A stretch of 64,000 nt of DNA from Raillietiella orientalis. Its lineage: Eukaryota. Position numbers and translations under genes: made by a program. Location: contig JAYWIR010000017.1 in the NCBI GenBank assembly GCA_036172245.1, forward strand, positions 3,658,001 through 3,722,000, given 5' to 3'. Below the pieces are notes generated by a model that saw only the letters and a program-made list of their open reading frames with translations, did not search any database and was not told the DNA's origin. How positions within the stretch are numbered: position 1 is the stretch's first letter; the number at the start of each line of letters is the position of its first letter. Positions 35,401 to 49,250 of the stretch are shown here, one piece after another.

Positions 35401-38400
35401 TTGGCGAATGCCGCATGACCTCAGAGGGTTTCGCAGCAGCAGAAGCAGCAGCGATCTGCACTTTCAAGAATGGACCAAAGTATCATTTGCATTTTCTGCA
35501 CAGCTGCAGGGAGAGGCGGCCTCGGATCGGATCAGAGAGATCAGATTTTGTCGGCTCAAACCGGAGGCTGCCAGCGCATCTGAGTCTTCCTGTCTCACCT
35601 CTGGAGTAGAAGCGGTCCGGACGGGGTCGTTTGAATTTTCCCGCGAGGGCTGGCTCGGAAGGAAACCCTCTATGGCCAACGCGGAACGCCATCCCTTGCC
35701 ATCCAGGAAGAGAGAAGCGGGGACAGAGAACAAGGCGTCTCGTAAGAGAGTGCGGAATAGCTGAAACGCCGACAAAGAATGAGGCGCGAGCAGCACGCGT
35801 GGCCCTGGCAACGAGAGCAAGGAGCACTCTGCATCCAAACATGGCGGATTTTCCTGCTGCGGATCGCGGGCGCACGTGGCAAAAAGGCAGGAAGGGGAAG
35901 AACTGGGAACCCGAAATCTCCAAACGTCATGGCACTTCCATCACCATTACCACCAACACCCTCACACGCGCGCTTGCGGGCGCACAAAATATATTCTCGT
36001 TCTCGGCGATCCCGCAGGAGGCAGAAGCACGCACCAGACGCTCGCCGTCTTACCTTCCAACCCTTGAGGTGATCTCCATGCTGCCGTCAGTGAAGGAACT
36101 TTCACTTACTATACGAATCGACAGCTGCGGTAGCTCCCATGAGAACTGCCAGCCTCTTACATTACGACTATGACTCCGAAGACGAACTCCCGGAAAGCGA
36201 CATCTCTCCCCTCCCTTCTATTCCATCCGGCCACTTTTGTTCTTGTGCCATCTTGGAAATCCGCGCTTATATAGCGCTCATCTTCATTTCACTTCTTCCG
36301 AGTGGCACCTCGGGCTGAACATTCTTATCACCGTGCTGAGAATCAACAGAGCTCGTTGATGGGTAAGGAAACGGGAAGAAAGAACGATGGAGCAGTTCGT
36401 GAACAGGATCTGCTAATGGATCTTGGAAGTGGATCTTTATTGTATTTTATGTATTTGTTTTTCGAATTCTTTTATTCCGGGTCGCACCGTCTCCTGCGGT
36501 TCTCAGGAGTTTAACGCAGGAGCTCTCTCCTTGGTTGCCGTGACTGATTGGCTCTCGTAAATATCTCACAGCGTGGCTGGAATCCTTTCCTCGTGCCTGC
36601 TCCTCCTCCTTCGAAGCTTCTAAAATCCTCCTGTTTTTTTTTTCTTTTCTTCTTCGTTTTTTTCTTCTCTTCTTTTGCTTCCAATCAGTTCCGAGCTTTC
36701 CTTCTCTCATCGATACATGGAGAGCTCGAGTTTGCGGCGCTTCTGCTTTCGAGGCTGCCTGAGTGACGGGTGTCGTGTCGGCGGCAATCCGTCCATGCAA
36801 AATGATGCATACAGACACCAGGAACGTTTTCCCAGAGCTGGCCACCTCCTTTCCGAATTGACCTTCTGTTTCGATAGGAAGAAAGAAAAGCACAAAAAGA
36901 CGCAAGAAGATTATCATGAGAAAAAAAAAAAAAAAAAAAAGGATTTCTTTCTTTGGTAAGGAATGCTGCTAGCATCTGCAGCTCACAGGAGACACTCACT
37001 TGTTTCCCAGCCCCACTGATTGCGATACGACAGGTGAACTCCAAGTTAAAGCATGAGAGGAAGTGGAGGTTGTTGAGAGCACGCCGCTCCACGAAAAGTA
37101 ATAGTGGGTAGTAGATAGGAGCAAACAGTAGGTAATGATTAGAATTGGGAGGAGCCGATGGAGATCCTGGATCAAGGAAACTGATCTGTGCAACGGGAAA
37201 AGCTTTCGTTCTTGGAGTCTTACGCTTCTAATAACGCGAGATGTTTTTTTTCCCCCCAACTGGTTGCTGCAGCAGCGGTGCTCCGTCTGCGACGGTGAGG
37301 CAATACTCGGGACGTGTGCTTGCAGGAAATATTCGTTTCTTGTATGACTTGCGATCAGAAGGACTTGCAAGCAGTGGTCACCCCGCTTTTATCGGACTGT
37401 GCCACGAGCGCCTTCTCCCGTACGCGAGGCTAACGCCGAGTTTGCCCGTGGAGGGGCACCTGCGGGAGACGTGAGCGCTGCTCGAGACCCAACTCGAAGA
37501 AAACGTTTGCTTCCCAGAGGCATCAGAACGATCCATTGCAAGCAAACAGAATCCACACTTGTCTGCAGGACCGGCAGCCCTCCGGCAAGCATCCGCGAGA
37601 GAGGTTGCAGATCCATCATTAGAAAAAAAAAAAAAAAAGAAGATTCTGCCCTCGCGCCTATCATGCCGTCAGCAAAATCCCTGCCTTGGCTCTCCGCACA
37701 CGCGCGCGCGCGCGTAGGATTTTTCCTCACTCGACCTCACCTTCATCCCTGTTCTCACATGACCGGACTGATTCCAGATCTGGAGAAGATTCGATGAGCA
37801 TCGACACGTGTCAAAGCTGCTTCATGTCTCCCGACGAGACAGAGGTCACAAGCCGAGATTGTATCCACAATTGCATAGCAACGGAACGTGCTATAAGAAT
37901 CGCGAAATCCACCCGATTCATTTCGTCAAGCATTTGGGGGCGAACAGCTAAAGATGAACACTCGCAACTCACCCAGTTCTAAAAGCCCGAACTTAAGCGG
38001 CCTTCATTGTGAACTCGCCAGAAAAGCACCAGGCTGCAAAAAAAAAAAAAAAAAAGTGTTAAGCGGGAGCTCCTTCCGGAACGAGCTCTACGAGGGGGGC
38101 GGGCCCGTCGGGCAAGATTGCTGCAACCTCCCCGTAGATGAAGACGGAATCGTTCCTTTCCTGCAGCCATGAGACCGTGAAACAGAGCAGACCGGTCAGC
38201 GGAAGGCGCGCGGATCACCTAAAGTCACTTTTCCCACCATACAGACATAATGAAATAGGCGGATGATGCACCGGCACGCTTCGCTTTGGTTTTGCAGTGC
38301 TTTCAGCGTGCATCATTTATTGGATACAGAACAAAGGGGTGAAATGAGCTTCAATAATAATCAAAGCATCATGGGGAGATTCAGTTGCATTGATCTCGGA

Positions 38401-39343
38401 TGATGGCAGCACGTAGTCAGTTCGCGCTTTTGTTCGCAAAACCAAAATCAATGTAGCAGCAGCAGCAGAAGCGATCCTCTAACCAAGTATGCAGGAAAGG
38501 CTTTAAAATAAATAGGGAACGGAGCTTTAAATAGGGAACAGACTCCTCAGGGCTTCCGTGTGGTGATCTCCCATGGAAAACTCCGCTTCGAACAGAGTCT
38601 AGCGTCACATCCGAGAATGAACCCTGATTCGCCAGAAACTCGTGCCGATTCTTCTTTAAGAAAAGACGACGGCATAATAGCGAGACCGTTGTCCCAGTCT
38701 CTTTGCCACAAGCAGTTCGAAACTCTCATTGTTCGCAGGAAGCAAGGAATGGCATTCTCCCCATTGCGTAGGATTTCTACAAGGAGCCGTCGGGAATCTA
38801 ACCTTACCTCTACCAACTATTTTTTTTTTTCAATCGTTTTCATTTACCTCATCCTTCCCCCTTGTCTCCTCAACCCTTTTCATGTGGGAGCGTGGCTGAG
38901 CTGTAAGCTCTGTAGCCTGACTCTATAGAAGGGACTGCCTACCATTGCACTTGCATATCGGTGACCGAGTCACAAGCAAATGCAAACCAACTTTAAGCTA
39001 AGTCTATTGAACTAAGTCTATTGATCAAATTCATCCTTCGAGGACGCGATCCTCTTTGGACTCTTGGTCACTACCCCATCGACATTCGATAATGCTCTTG
39101 GTCAAGAATACAAATCACGTCAGACCTCAAAAGGATGCAGTGTTTGCAAGATCATGCTGTTCAAGCAAGATTATGGGAACATGATGAAGGTGGACACGTA
39201 AATACGTGACGTTACACTCTTTAAGATGCAGCGATGCCACATTTAAAGTTTCTAGCAGTGGGAGTATCAAGAACTATTTTCGGGTGCCGATTCTCAGCCG
39301 TGGTCACTGAAAAATCGAAATCTTTATGGTCATTCCTTCGATC

Positions 39344-39382
39344 CAACTCCATGAAGAGACAGTCGGTCTCTTCATGGAGTTG
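39344..39382. repeat. Perfect 17-bp inverted repeat
   Basis: CAACTCCATGAAGAGAC-agtcg-GTCTCTTCATGGAGTTG. Confidence 0.95.
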
Positions 39383-42176
39383 ATGGCTGACATGGCTTGC
39401 ATGCAGCAGCATGCTGATGTCATCAGCAGCTATGCTGTGATGCGCAATGGTGCAAACATGAGATTTGTCATATCAATGGTTTGTTGCGACAGAGTTAGGA
39501 AAAAAAAAATCCTCCGTTTGCTACTGATAGCTGAAATCTGTCACTGATGCAACAGCTGAAGCCTTCTTTAGTGAACCTTTGCAATCTTTTTCCTTTTCCC
39601 CCAGTAACATCAGCAGCTTTGCTTTTGTTTGAACGATTTACTTGGTCTAGAATCGTAGACAGTCTCAACTGAACTCAATTGAGTTCCTGAGCTTTCGAGA
39701 CACCAGTGCGTTCAACCGAAATGCTAACGTCGTCTAGGGAAGCTGTCGTGTTGCGACGGTTCCTCGCACAGGGAGGACTCTCGACAGGAGCGATGATCGC
39801 AGCCATGGGGTTGCACTCGTGCCATCTTCCCGGCCCGCCATGTGTTGAAGTCGACGGTGCAGCGAAGGGAGGTCACCGGGATGTCGGCGGATGCCATCCG
39901 CCGCCTACAACAGGACGGCTGCAAGATGGACTCACCTGCAAGAGGAACACAAGGAGGAGATCGCCGGCATCCAGCGTCGGTTTTGAAAGTCAGGAACGCA
40001 GGTGGCCCTTCTTCCTTGCCTCCTTTTCTTCTCTCTCTGATTTCTCACTCCCTTCCTCTTCGTAACTTTCCCGGTATTTTTTTTCTGATCCCGGTGCGTA
40101 TGGAGCGAACCCAAAGATCCCTGGTCCAAGCTTCCGGATTTCTTTTTTTTGTTGTTGTTGTCCCTCTTCCTTTCCCCCTTTCCGAACTTTCGGATGTCCC
40201 GACCTATGCGCCGGTGGAATCTCTCCCCCTTTAGATTCTTCTGTCTTCAGTTGAGAGCTGTGTTCCCAACTGAGTTATTTTTATATAAAAAAAAACGCCC
40301 CGGCGTCACCAGAATGAAAACCCAATAAGTGTTCTTTCCCCTTCTCTCGGTTTCTGATGGTTCTAGGGGGAATTGTACATTAGCCGTCTCATATTGACTT
40401 CATAGGCGTTCATTTGAAACAGACAGACAAAACAAGCACACTCCTTTCGTCTGTTTGTTTATACATCCTCAGTTTTCGTCTTCCCATTAATTTTTCGCAT
40501 TGAATTGTCATCGCTCAGATTTTCTAAAATTCGTTTTTTATTCTGTCTCGGTTGGTGATCCGATCTCTGAAAAGCTTGCTGGTGGATTTCCAAAGCCATC
40601 TGAAGCGGTGGTGTCTTTTTTGATGCTGCTCGCAGATTTTCAGGAGTGGCGACAATCAGCCAAACCAACCAGCACTTTGTTTTCCGGGTTGCATGGTACA
40701 TCTTTTTTTCGACTTATCCTTGTGACTCAGCTTCACTCATCCTCATGCTGCTCTTATCTGGATAGCGGAGGATCAGAACCAACACGATGTAGCCAGATGC
40801 TGAATCGCTTCAGTCCTTGGACGCCCGCAGCACCCATAATCAAAAGGCAGCCAAGCACGAACCAGTCTCAATGCTGCTCAAACTGTACGAGAGAGATTTT
40901 TCTTTCAGAGTGTCGCGATGGTGGGCTTCGTCCTCATCACGACTTGCTCTGTTGAGTTTTCCGCCCAAATTCTGCATCCACTCCATGGAAATGAGCTCAG
41001 TACTTCTGCAAGCAGCAGCTCTCCCGATGGCTGAGACGGACCTAGCCAGTAACAGAAGCAAAAATTACATAGCCTTCGAAGCGCTCCCTGCTAAGAGATA
41101 CGAGCTGCTCCCGTGTCTCGACGAAGCACATGACCGCTTGCTGCATGTACATCGGAATCTGCGAAATCATGACAGAAATAGCAGAAACAAGCGCGTTCTT
41201 CAAAATGGGGTTTTACATCGTATCATCTTCGATTTTGAGCGTTAATCACCGTTATGGTGTTTTCCGGCTCGTCTTTAGACGATGCTACAATACCACAAAG
41301 CACAGGAAAGCGATCCTTACTTGGTACTCGTACGGTCTCGCATCTGGATGCAGGAGATCGTTCTCATCCTTTCGGCTGCATCACAATCAAACACTTGGTC
41401 AAACACCCTCAAACTGCACTTCCGTTTTTTTGGATAGGTGTTCTGATTCTTCGCCGTAAGATGCTGCAATGTATTCCACAACTCCTTCATCTGGTTCATT
41501 GGATGAGGATCTCTGGTTGCCTTTCCGGTTTTCAAGTCAGAATAAAAAAAAAAACAGCATAAAAACTTCAAATAGACATGGAATGTTCTTTGCTAGAATC
41601 CTCATCCTCACATCAAGTCTCTGCATCTTGAAGTTACAGAGCTTTTAGTTCAATGCTTCCACTAGTTTTTCGGTTTCGTTCCTTGGTATCTATTTATTCT
41701 ATTGACAGTCATCAGCTTAGTTAGCATAAAGTCCATTCTTATGCTATGGCTCCACGCATACCTACTCGCTAAGGAAATCCAGATGCTGTGAACGCACACA
41801 GGCATGCTGCACTAAAACAATTCTCTGTTCTCATTCGTATTTCTGATTCTTTCGCACTTTCTGAGTACTGCTTTTCATCCTCGAAAGATAAATAAGTGCC
41901 AAATGAGACCTAAAAGGAAAGCCCTTCAAGATCCCTTTGCACAAACTACAGAATTCTCCTCTGTTCCCCCTGAAACCGTGAACTCTTTGATTGAAAGTTG
42001 AAACGCTGATTATTCAGAATCCTCAGGATCTAACGCCACCTTGGACTCGTGCAGGCGCTGTCTAGCTCCTCAAAGACGCGTCTTTCCCTTTGCAGGTGCT
42101 ATCTACCATCCTTCTGTATGATTCCACCTCCACAACCAGTAACGGGTAACGGAGATTTATACGAGACTTCGAGACA

Positions 42177-42866
42177 CAGTGCGCATTCGATATGGTCACC
42201 TTTGCCGGAATCCAAATTTTGAAAATGCTGCCTTTATAGAATGTTGTTGATTGTGTCGAGATGGGTGGTCGCAATAAAAAAGAAAAAACAAATTATTTTG
42301 GATCAAATTTTTATAATCAAATGAACAAAGTTAGTAGCATCACAGAAGTAAAAAATAATAATAATGTATGGTAAATAATGATGATACGATGTAAAATTTG
42401 ATTCAAAGTTCTTCACGGTTGCTTTTTCTCACAATCGTCTCAGGGGGACGACATCATGAACAGGAAGGTCAAACATTTTCTGACCACTTCACAGCTAAGT
42501 TGAACGAGTGGTCAATGACTTTGTTCGATATCGAATTTTTCGAACATGCTTACTCCCATCTAATTTTCCTTCTGCATGCTCCATAGGAGCGTTGCTAAGG
42601 GTATCCAGATCGTGAAAGTGATTTCATTCGTTTTCTCCTTCCGCCCATTCCATAACCTCAGAGTCAGCGGCTGCATTTTCTCACTTGCCATGAGATTGAG
42701 TCGTGTTGCGATGGGCATGTCATCTTCATCAGAAAAATAGCCCATCGGTAAATTCAACTCGATTCCCTCGGCTTTCTATAGAATGATAGAAAACTTAAAA
42801 TGTTGACTATCTCAAGGGTTGCTCATGTCAAAAATTTTCATTCATCAAAGGTTCGAGCGTGCACTG
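42177..42866 (-). mobile_element. Non-autonomous pogo/Tigger-type element, family 2, copy 2
   Basis: The left TIR is CAGTGCGCATTCGATATGGTCA and the right end is TCGAGCGTGCACTG followed by TA. It is colinear and highly similar to 2818-3656, with an extra internal deletion of roughly 115 bp. Near-identical small ORFs occur at 3073..3261 and 42398..42586. Confidence 0.85.
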
Positions 42867-42869
42867 TAC

Positions 42870-43600
42870 TTAGTGTTGAAGTGCCTTGGGTTACTCTTTT
42901 GCCACCGTTCATTCTCTGACGTCTGCGTGAATGCTCCAAGTATGAACTTCTGGAGATCGATGTTCCATCCTATGAATGTAGGGGTAACTACTTGTTGCGG
43001 CACTTGCGGCTCCGACTACTTCACTGCGTTGAATGACACAGACGGTGCTTTCCAACATATGTTGGCTTCACCACATATTCAAACGCACCAACATGAGTCT
43101 CATAGGGCTCTTGGACCTGTGAAAAATCTCGAGTTCCCATAGAGCCTCATGGCTCTTCCCGTACACTAGGGAGCCCACACCACACCAAGGCTCACACGAT
43201 GGCGGTACTCTTCCAGTGAACAAAAGGAAAGCCAGATGTCGATGTTTTCTCTCCTTCCATTGCCCAATCACCTCAAATCAAACCATAATCTCCTTTCCTT
43301 CAAAAGATCCCTTTTGAAAGTACAGCAGATTATTTCGGTTTGATCCCTCTTCCGGAATACCATAGGATGCCGAGTTTTCGAGTGGACTCCTGGGATTGGC
43401 TGGTTGCGGTCCACCCGTTTCTACCATCTCCAGGTCGCCACTTTGACTTGGCTCATCGGATCCACCTCGTAGCACCTGACTCCCAGAGACATAGTGCAGT
43501 GGATTCACTGTATCAGGGGTCCCGGTGTTCCCTGAAGGCTTGCCGCCGTTTCCTCCTGCCGGTTTCCCAAATGGGCTGCCGGCTCTTCGTACACCACACT
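42870..43600 (-). pseudogene. Decayed LINE RT fragment (I-clade-like)
   Basis: PMVFRKR and SNRNNLLYFQK...FEGKEIMV resemble QxGFRxGRSTxDNLxxxxxxIxxAFxxKExxV. Many frameshifts. Confidence 0.3.
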
Positions 43601-44112
43601 CTCTCTCTCAGAATTCAGAATATGCTGGAGATTTCGAAACGAGGAAATGAGCCGAATTGGAAATAGAAACAGATCGTTTAGAAAGAACAGCTCGGGCCAT
43701 ACCTCTGACCAGCAGTATGGGGCCGAGCTGTTTGTTCATCTACATGATACCGCGCCCATTACCACCACGACGAAGAAAAAAGCACTCACGAGGCGATTTC
43801 AGTGACAGCCTAGAAGCATTCATCTGAAAAATTCGTGATGCAATGCAGTATTAAAAGGTTCGAAATTACATAAAGAAATACGAGGGAGGGAATTTTCCAC
43901 TTTTCCTCGACCTGTCCAGTTCTTTTTGGCGAAGGGCTGGTCTGCGACTGCTATTAAAGAGTGGGGGCTATTCCTTGTCTACGTGAGGGCTTTGTCGGGT
44001 GGGTTTACGTCGGCGGTCCGAAATGTCAACCTTTCTCTCAGCACCAAGGATTTTCGCTCTTGAGCCAAGCCTGCTCGCTCGATTCGGCCTCGCCATTGTA
44101 TAAAGGCTAGTG

Positions 44113-45065
44113 GTTTCTTCTGGAGGTTCGGACACCAACGAAAGCTCTACTGGACATCAAGCGCTGACCTACATGGTGTGCTGTCGGTCATGCGAAGGTA
44201 TGTCCTAGCTGAAGCCTCCGGCGGGTGTTCTCGTTACTCCTTCAAGCTCTCAGAATTCGCGATGAATTTGCACTCTCTTGATCCCTAAAGCCTCGCCGTG
44301 AGTCGTACATATGTTTTGCCAACACTTCCGGAAAATTAGGATTGCCAAAACTGGGAAGCTGTGAAAAGCCCTCCTTGGTATCCAGTGTGCCCCCCTTGGT
44401 ATTCAGTGTCAGCGATTGTTTATGCAATCATCAGTATTTTCATAATAAAAAGAGACCTCCCACCCTGGCAACGATTGTCCCTTTGGGAAGATGATGCTGA
44501 GTCTAAGGATGTAACAAAGAGTGGTGAGATCACTTCTTTGGATCTCCCATCACCATTTCCGCAAGAGAAACTGTTCTCAGATGATGCATGGAACAATAGA
44601 TCTTCCGGATAGTTGTTGGGAAATCCTCATCCAGTCACTGATGGATTCTTGCAGCTACGCACTGTAGCTGATAGGAAAAAAAGGTGTTTCCCAGGCGACT
44701 CCTCTTCGTGAGTAGTCGAGAAGAGAGCGTTTATTATTAGGTCTCGCAACAACTGACCACTTTTCGTCTCGTCACTCCCACCTCACTTTCAAACGGAACA
44801 ATCAGCACTTGGGGCACCGTGCCCAAGAAAAGTTCCACGCCAGCAGGTATTCCGGGTGATGAGGAAACACAGGAGGCACAAGGATGAAAAGAATCTGAGA
44901 TCTCGAATGGCGATACCGACTTCACAAGTCCATCAACCGAACGGGCGCAAACCTCCGGAGGCATCAACTAGGACATTCCTTCGAATGACCGAGAGCACCT
45001 CATGTAGGTCAGCGCTTGGTGTCCAGTAGAACTTTCGTCAGTGTGGCCGAATCTCCAGAAGAAAC
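44113..45065. repeat. Inverted pair of ~112-bp homologous segments (44113-44224 and 44952-45065), probably two convergent L1/Tx1 ORF2 fragments
   Basis: GTTTCTTCTGGAGGTTCGG...CCTAGCTGAAGCCTCCGG aligns to the reverse complement of 44952-45065 with scattered substitutions. The translation FFWRFG..RK.YW...DL.........ASGG resembles the post-RT FxW...GGLG motif of L1/Tx1. Confidence 0.8.
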
Positions 45066-48000
45066 AATCTCGGAACTCGATGCCACATCTTGCCCATTCT
45101 GGAATTGGTGCATTTCAGTAGGTTGACCTTCGAGAATTTGCGGGATGAGAGAGTCTCTCCGTGCACACCCTTTTCATCGTGTTGATGTCTAATTGAAACA
45201 GGATCTTCTTGATCACCTCACTCCTCAGAAAAGCCAGAGGAGATGGCATCGGATTTTTTTTTCTTCTTCTCTGATTCTCTTTGACAGTGAGTTCACCAAC
45301 ATTCCCTTTTATAAGACGACTTCTTTCCATCTTCGTCTCGGATGATGGGAATCCCCCACCAAATGCTGCTACAGGAAGGCTCCTGTGCGCTGCAGCGCTC
45401 ATGCGCAGCTGCGGCACGCCCGGAAGCTCTGTAGCTAGTGACCAATAAAGCTGTTTTAGAAAACGCCGTTGCTGAAAAGGCACCATGTTGCTTAACTATG
45501 AATTCCATCATTACGTCCAGAGCACAAGCAAACCTCGTTGCCCCGATGGGTTCCAAAGATCCAGAAAGTATTCGATCATTTCTTGAGCGCTGCAGGAGAC
45601 TTATTCTGCAAAGCAGAAAGATGAGTCCGTTTCGACGGCTGGTCCACTGAAGGCGACTGACTGCAAGGGAAGTGGAGGTGGGAGGTCGAACGAACGACTA
45701 AGGAGAGCAATCAAAGTGATGTTTCCTAGGCACATCTCTCGTTCTTTCTGCAGAATTCTTCCTGATTCTTTTCTGAGGATCATTGTCCTTTTTAAGGATT
45801 TCTCCCAAAGTTCACGCGTTCCGTCCCGTCTTTGCGTCCCAGACCACCTGAATGTGCATCGGGATTTTGTGCTCCGCCGCGAAGTCGCTCCGGTGCGCGC
45901 ACAGCTGGATGCTGCTGACGGCTTGCGCGAATGTCCACGCGCGAAGGGAGCGACGGATCTCTCTCTAAGCAGTCTCCACCACGGCGTTTCGTCATCCAAC
46001 GCTCACTGAGGACAAAGGAAAGGGATTCTCTCGGGCACCTAAACAGCACGAAAACGGTCGGGGCTGTCGTGTCTCCTTCAGGAAGTTCCAGAAGGAGCTT
46101 ACAAACTAGAGCTTGGTGGTGCGAAAGTGTTCTTGATTGACCTTGACCCCCAAGCCACACTATCCGTACAATTTGTATCCAATGAACTCGAAACTAACGA
46201 AAGTATTAAGAAAATTTTTTAATCTTTTGAATTTGTAATAAAATTTTTTATTCGATAGCAAAATACAAAAACACAGGTGCTATTCTAGGAAGTGAAAACG
46301 CTAATCAAAGTCACAAGTCGGAACAATCACGAGATACGTAGTATAGAAAGCGGAATCTTCTGGAGCAGCATTTCTCTGAAAGGATCTCCAGCGTCAGCAC
46401 CTCCAGTTATGAATCCTCCTTTCCAAACAACCCACGCCTCGATCCCATGAACATTCAGCTGAAGAGGTTCTAGTGAAAACTATCTGATGGTAAGGAGCTG
46501 ATTTCACACAAACCTCGAGTCCGTAAGCGCAGCATCATATAATCCGGTGACCTGAGGAACGAACCATATGATCAAGAGAAATTCCTTCAGACTACTCCTC
46601 TCCTCCACGGTGCTCACAATTCATCCCATATCGCCAATAAAATGAACCAATCAATGCATGACATCTATCGAAAGTAAGGATGGACTAAAAAAAAAATAAA
46701 GAAATAAATATCGTAGTCATAAATTGCTGGTTCTGGTTCCTCCATATAGTGGTCACTGATGAATCAGTAATTCGAGAGCTGGAAACTCTCTCCTTAAAAG
46801 ACGTGACTGCAATTCTAGAAAAAATGAACTCCTGTAAGACGAGGAAGAAAAAAAATGCCAAGACAGTCAATCACATCACTGTCAACACTCCCTTCCTTCA
46901 TCCCAGGCGGTCCTTTTTTTCGATCACGCGGCGATGTTCTTAAATGGAAATGAAGAGAGAACAAAACATGAAAATTTTTAGTCCTCATTTTCAAGACCTT
47001 GAAAACTCAGCTTCTCATTTCTTTTCGTCTCTTTTCCTTTTTTTTCACGATTCTTTTGTTTTTACTTCTCTTCTCTTTGAATTATTCATCTGCGTTTTTC
47101 CAAGTTTGGTGGCGAGCGTTAATGACCACGCCGGGACAGCGAGGGAAACGCCTGACGCGTGCGAAAGACAAATGCATGATTTCAGACAACAGATGCACGC
47201 CATTGGGAAACCTCATGTGTAACAAGCGTCAAGTAGTAGTAGTAGGTGTAGGTCTCATCTTGCCAGAACGATGCTTTCCTTTTCCCTCAAATCAGAACTG
47301 GGTCAGTGGCGCCTTTCCTGTGCAGGTTCTTCGAGAGAGAGAACCAAGAAAAGCATTAATGAGAAGTAAAAGATCTCTGCTGCGTTCATTTCGTAGAATG
47401 AAAGAAGGAAATAGCAGACGGGAGAAGGAGGTATAGCGTCTTCGACCCTATATGATGAGCCAGATCAAATCCTCGGTTTCCCAGACATCGCCTTACAGAA
47501 AGCCAAGGTTTTGTCACAAAATCTCTCTCGGAGAATCCAACCCTCCCCCCCTTTCCTCCCTTCAAATGCGACGGATCCTGAGGAATGTGGGAAGCAGAAT
47601 GGGAATCCCCAAGGCAGCGCTGGACGAGCGCGAGCCACATCACTAAGAGCAGAACCTTCACCGCTGGATGATAGCGCGACCGTTGGTCAGCCACGTGAAA
47701 TCGAACACTCTAGGAATCCCTGCTGATGCTGCAGCTGCGCGTGGGTGTCTCCGCGTTTCTCAAAGGAGTTTATGAAAACGTCATCCGAGATGTTTGCCCT
47801 CTTTGAAAAATTGGCTGCTTCATCCAAAGCAGATTACGACGGACAAAGCGTTCGAGAGGGCGCAGGGCCACTCCTTGGGAGCTCTCCCCTCTGAGCGACC
47901 CCTCAATCTTCTAACTGATTGCATCACGGAGGTTTCTGTCAGCCAGAGGAAATCAGATGGACACACGCGACAGGTTCCCCCAGAGATTGGATGGGAAAGA

Positions 48001-48879
48001 AAGCCGGCGATTCGTAGCGAGAGGACACTATTCCGCACTTATTCGCATACCAGTACGCAGCGTTCACCTATCTGCTGCCTGCCTCCATGCTCTTATTGGC
48101 AGCTGAAGGATCGATCGCTCTTCGGTTTCGACGTTTCTTCTTTTTGTGTTTTTGATTTTTTTCTCTTCTTTTTTCCTATAAATCCCTGTTTGTTTTTTTC
48201 GTTGCGCTGACCGCCGAAGAGTTACGATGGGTTCTTTCAGATGGCCTCCTCCTACTTCGCGCAGCAACTCCTCTCGAGGTCCAGCTACAGGAAATGAACT
48301 CCGCCGCTTTTTGCAAAGCACGTCTCTTCGTTTATTAAGCGTCGAGAGATTGCTAAAGGCATCGTGAGAACGAATTTCTTCGGTAGGTATGCTCCGTGGT
48401 GATTGCTTCTCGCCAGGCAGTTCGCCCATTGGTCACAATCACTGTAAGCCCCTGGCCGTTTGACACGAGAAACTTTTGTTCTAGTCCTTAATCGAGCGCT
48501 TGTCTTCTCACGCCGTGGCGTATGCCGACGGACCGATCATCACTTGAACTGCTGCACACCTCGGTGCAATTAGGGCTCTTCGAAAACGAAATCCCTGGGG
48601 GCCGTTCCGATTCGTATAGCAGATTGTGATTAATCAACCCGGAGAGAAAGTTCATCAATCGCAGGGAAGAGCATCAAAAGCCGCGAATTCGTTACACTCT
48701 ATTTGCCCCGCTCACTCTCCTCCCTCCCCCCTTCCCTTCCTTTATCCTGCCGATTTACCTCTAGGACACTCTAGAAAAGCGTGGACTTGACTGAGCGTCG
48801 AATGGTCCTATCCATTAGTGGACATGAAGCTCGCGCATATGAAGCGCACGCTGTCGAAGAGGTCGAGCCATTTGGTGAA

Positions 48880-49250
48880 CCTCAATCATGTGTGATTCCT
48901 TGAAGTTGATCATCCACCCTTCGGAGACCATTCGCGCGGTGAGTCACGTGAATGGGAACTTTGAAATGTCTCAACGAGCTGACTTGCGCATTCGAACGGC
49001 AGTCCCGATGCAAAGCGCCCTTATATTTCAGAACCGGAACATTGATGAAGATCGAATCATTAATAAATTGACAATTCACCCATTTCTGAGTTGCTTCACA
49101 TACAGGGAACCTCGACCACATCCTCCGGATGTCAATTTTAGTGTGTTCTCTACACAGGCAGGTTCTCAGCCACAGAGCCTTCTTGGACTGCCAGTTTATC
49201 AGCTCAACTTCCGCTTTTAACTGACCAGAGAAGGGCAAAAGGATGAAAGG
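48880..49250 (-). pseudogene. Possible decayed LINE RT C-terminal fragment
   Basis: ELINWQSKKALWL...INDSIFINVPVLKYKG resembles LxxWxxxxxLxL...VxxLKYLG. Confidence 0.25.

Noticed and set aside
38980..39400. Possible Ty3/gypsy RNase H remnant (FGCRFSAVVTE..SLW)
   Set aside because: A single weak motif with no LTRs or other domains.
41211..41229. 17-nt inverted match (GATGATACGATGTAAAA) to the family-2 Tigger elements
   Set aside because: It is isolated and AT-rich with no flanking homology, so chance is plausible.
27000..42100. Numerous 60-220 aa ORFs in the GC-rich interval
   Set aside because: They are low-complexity, cross homopolymer runs, and show no recognisable homology or consistent exon chain.
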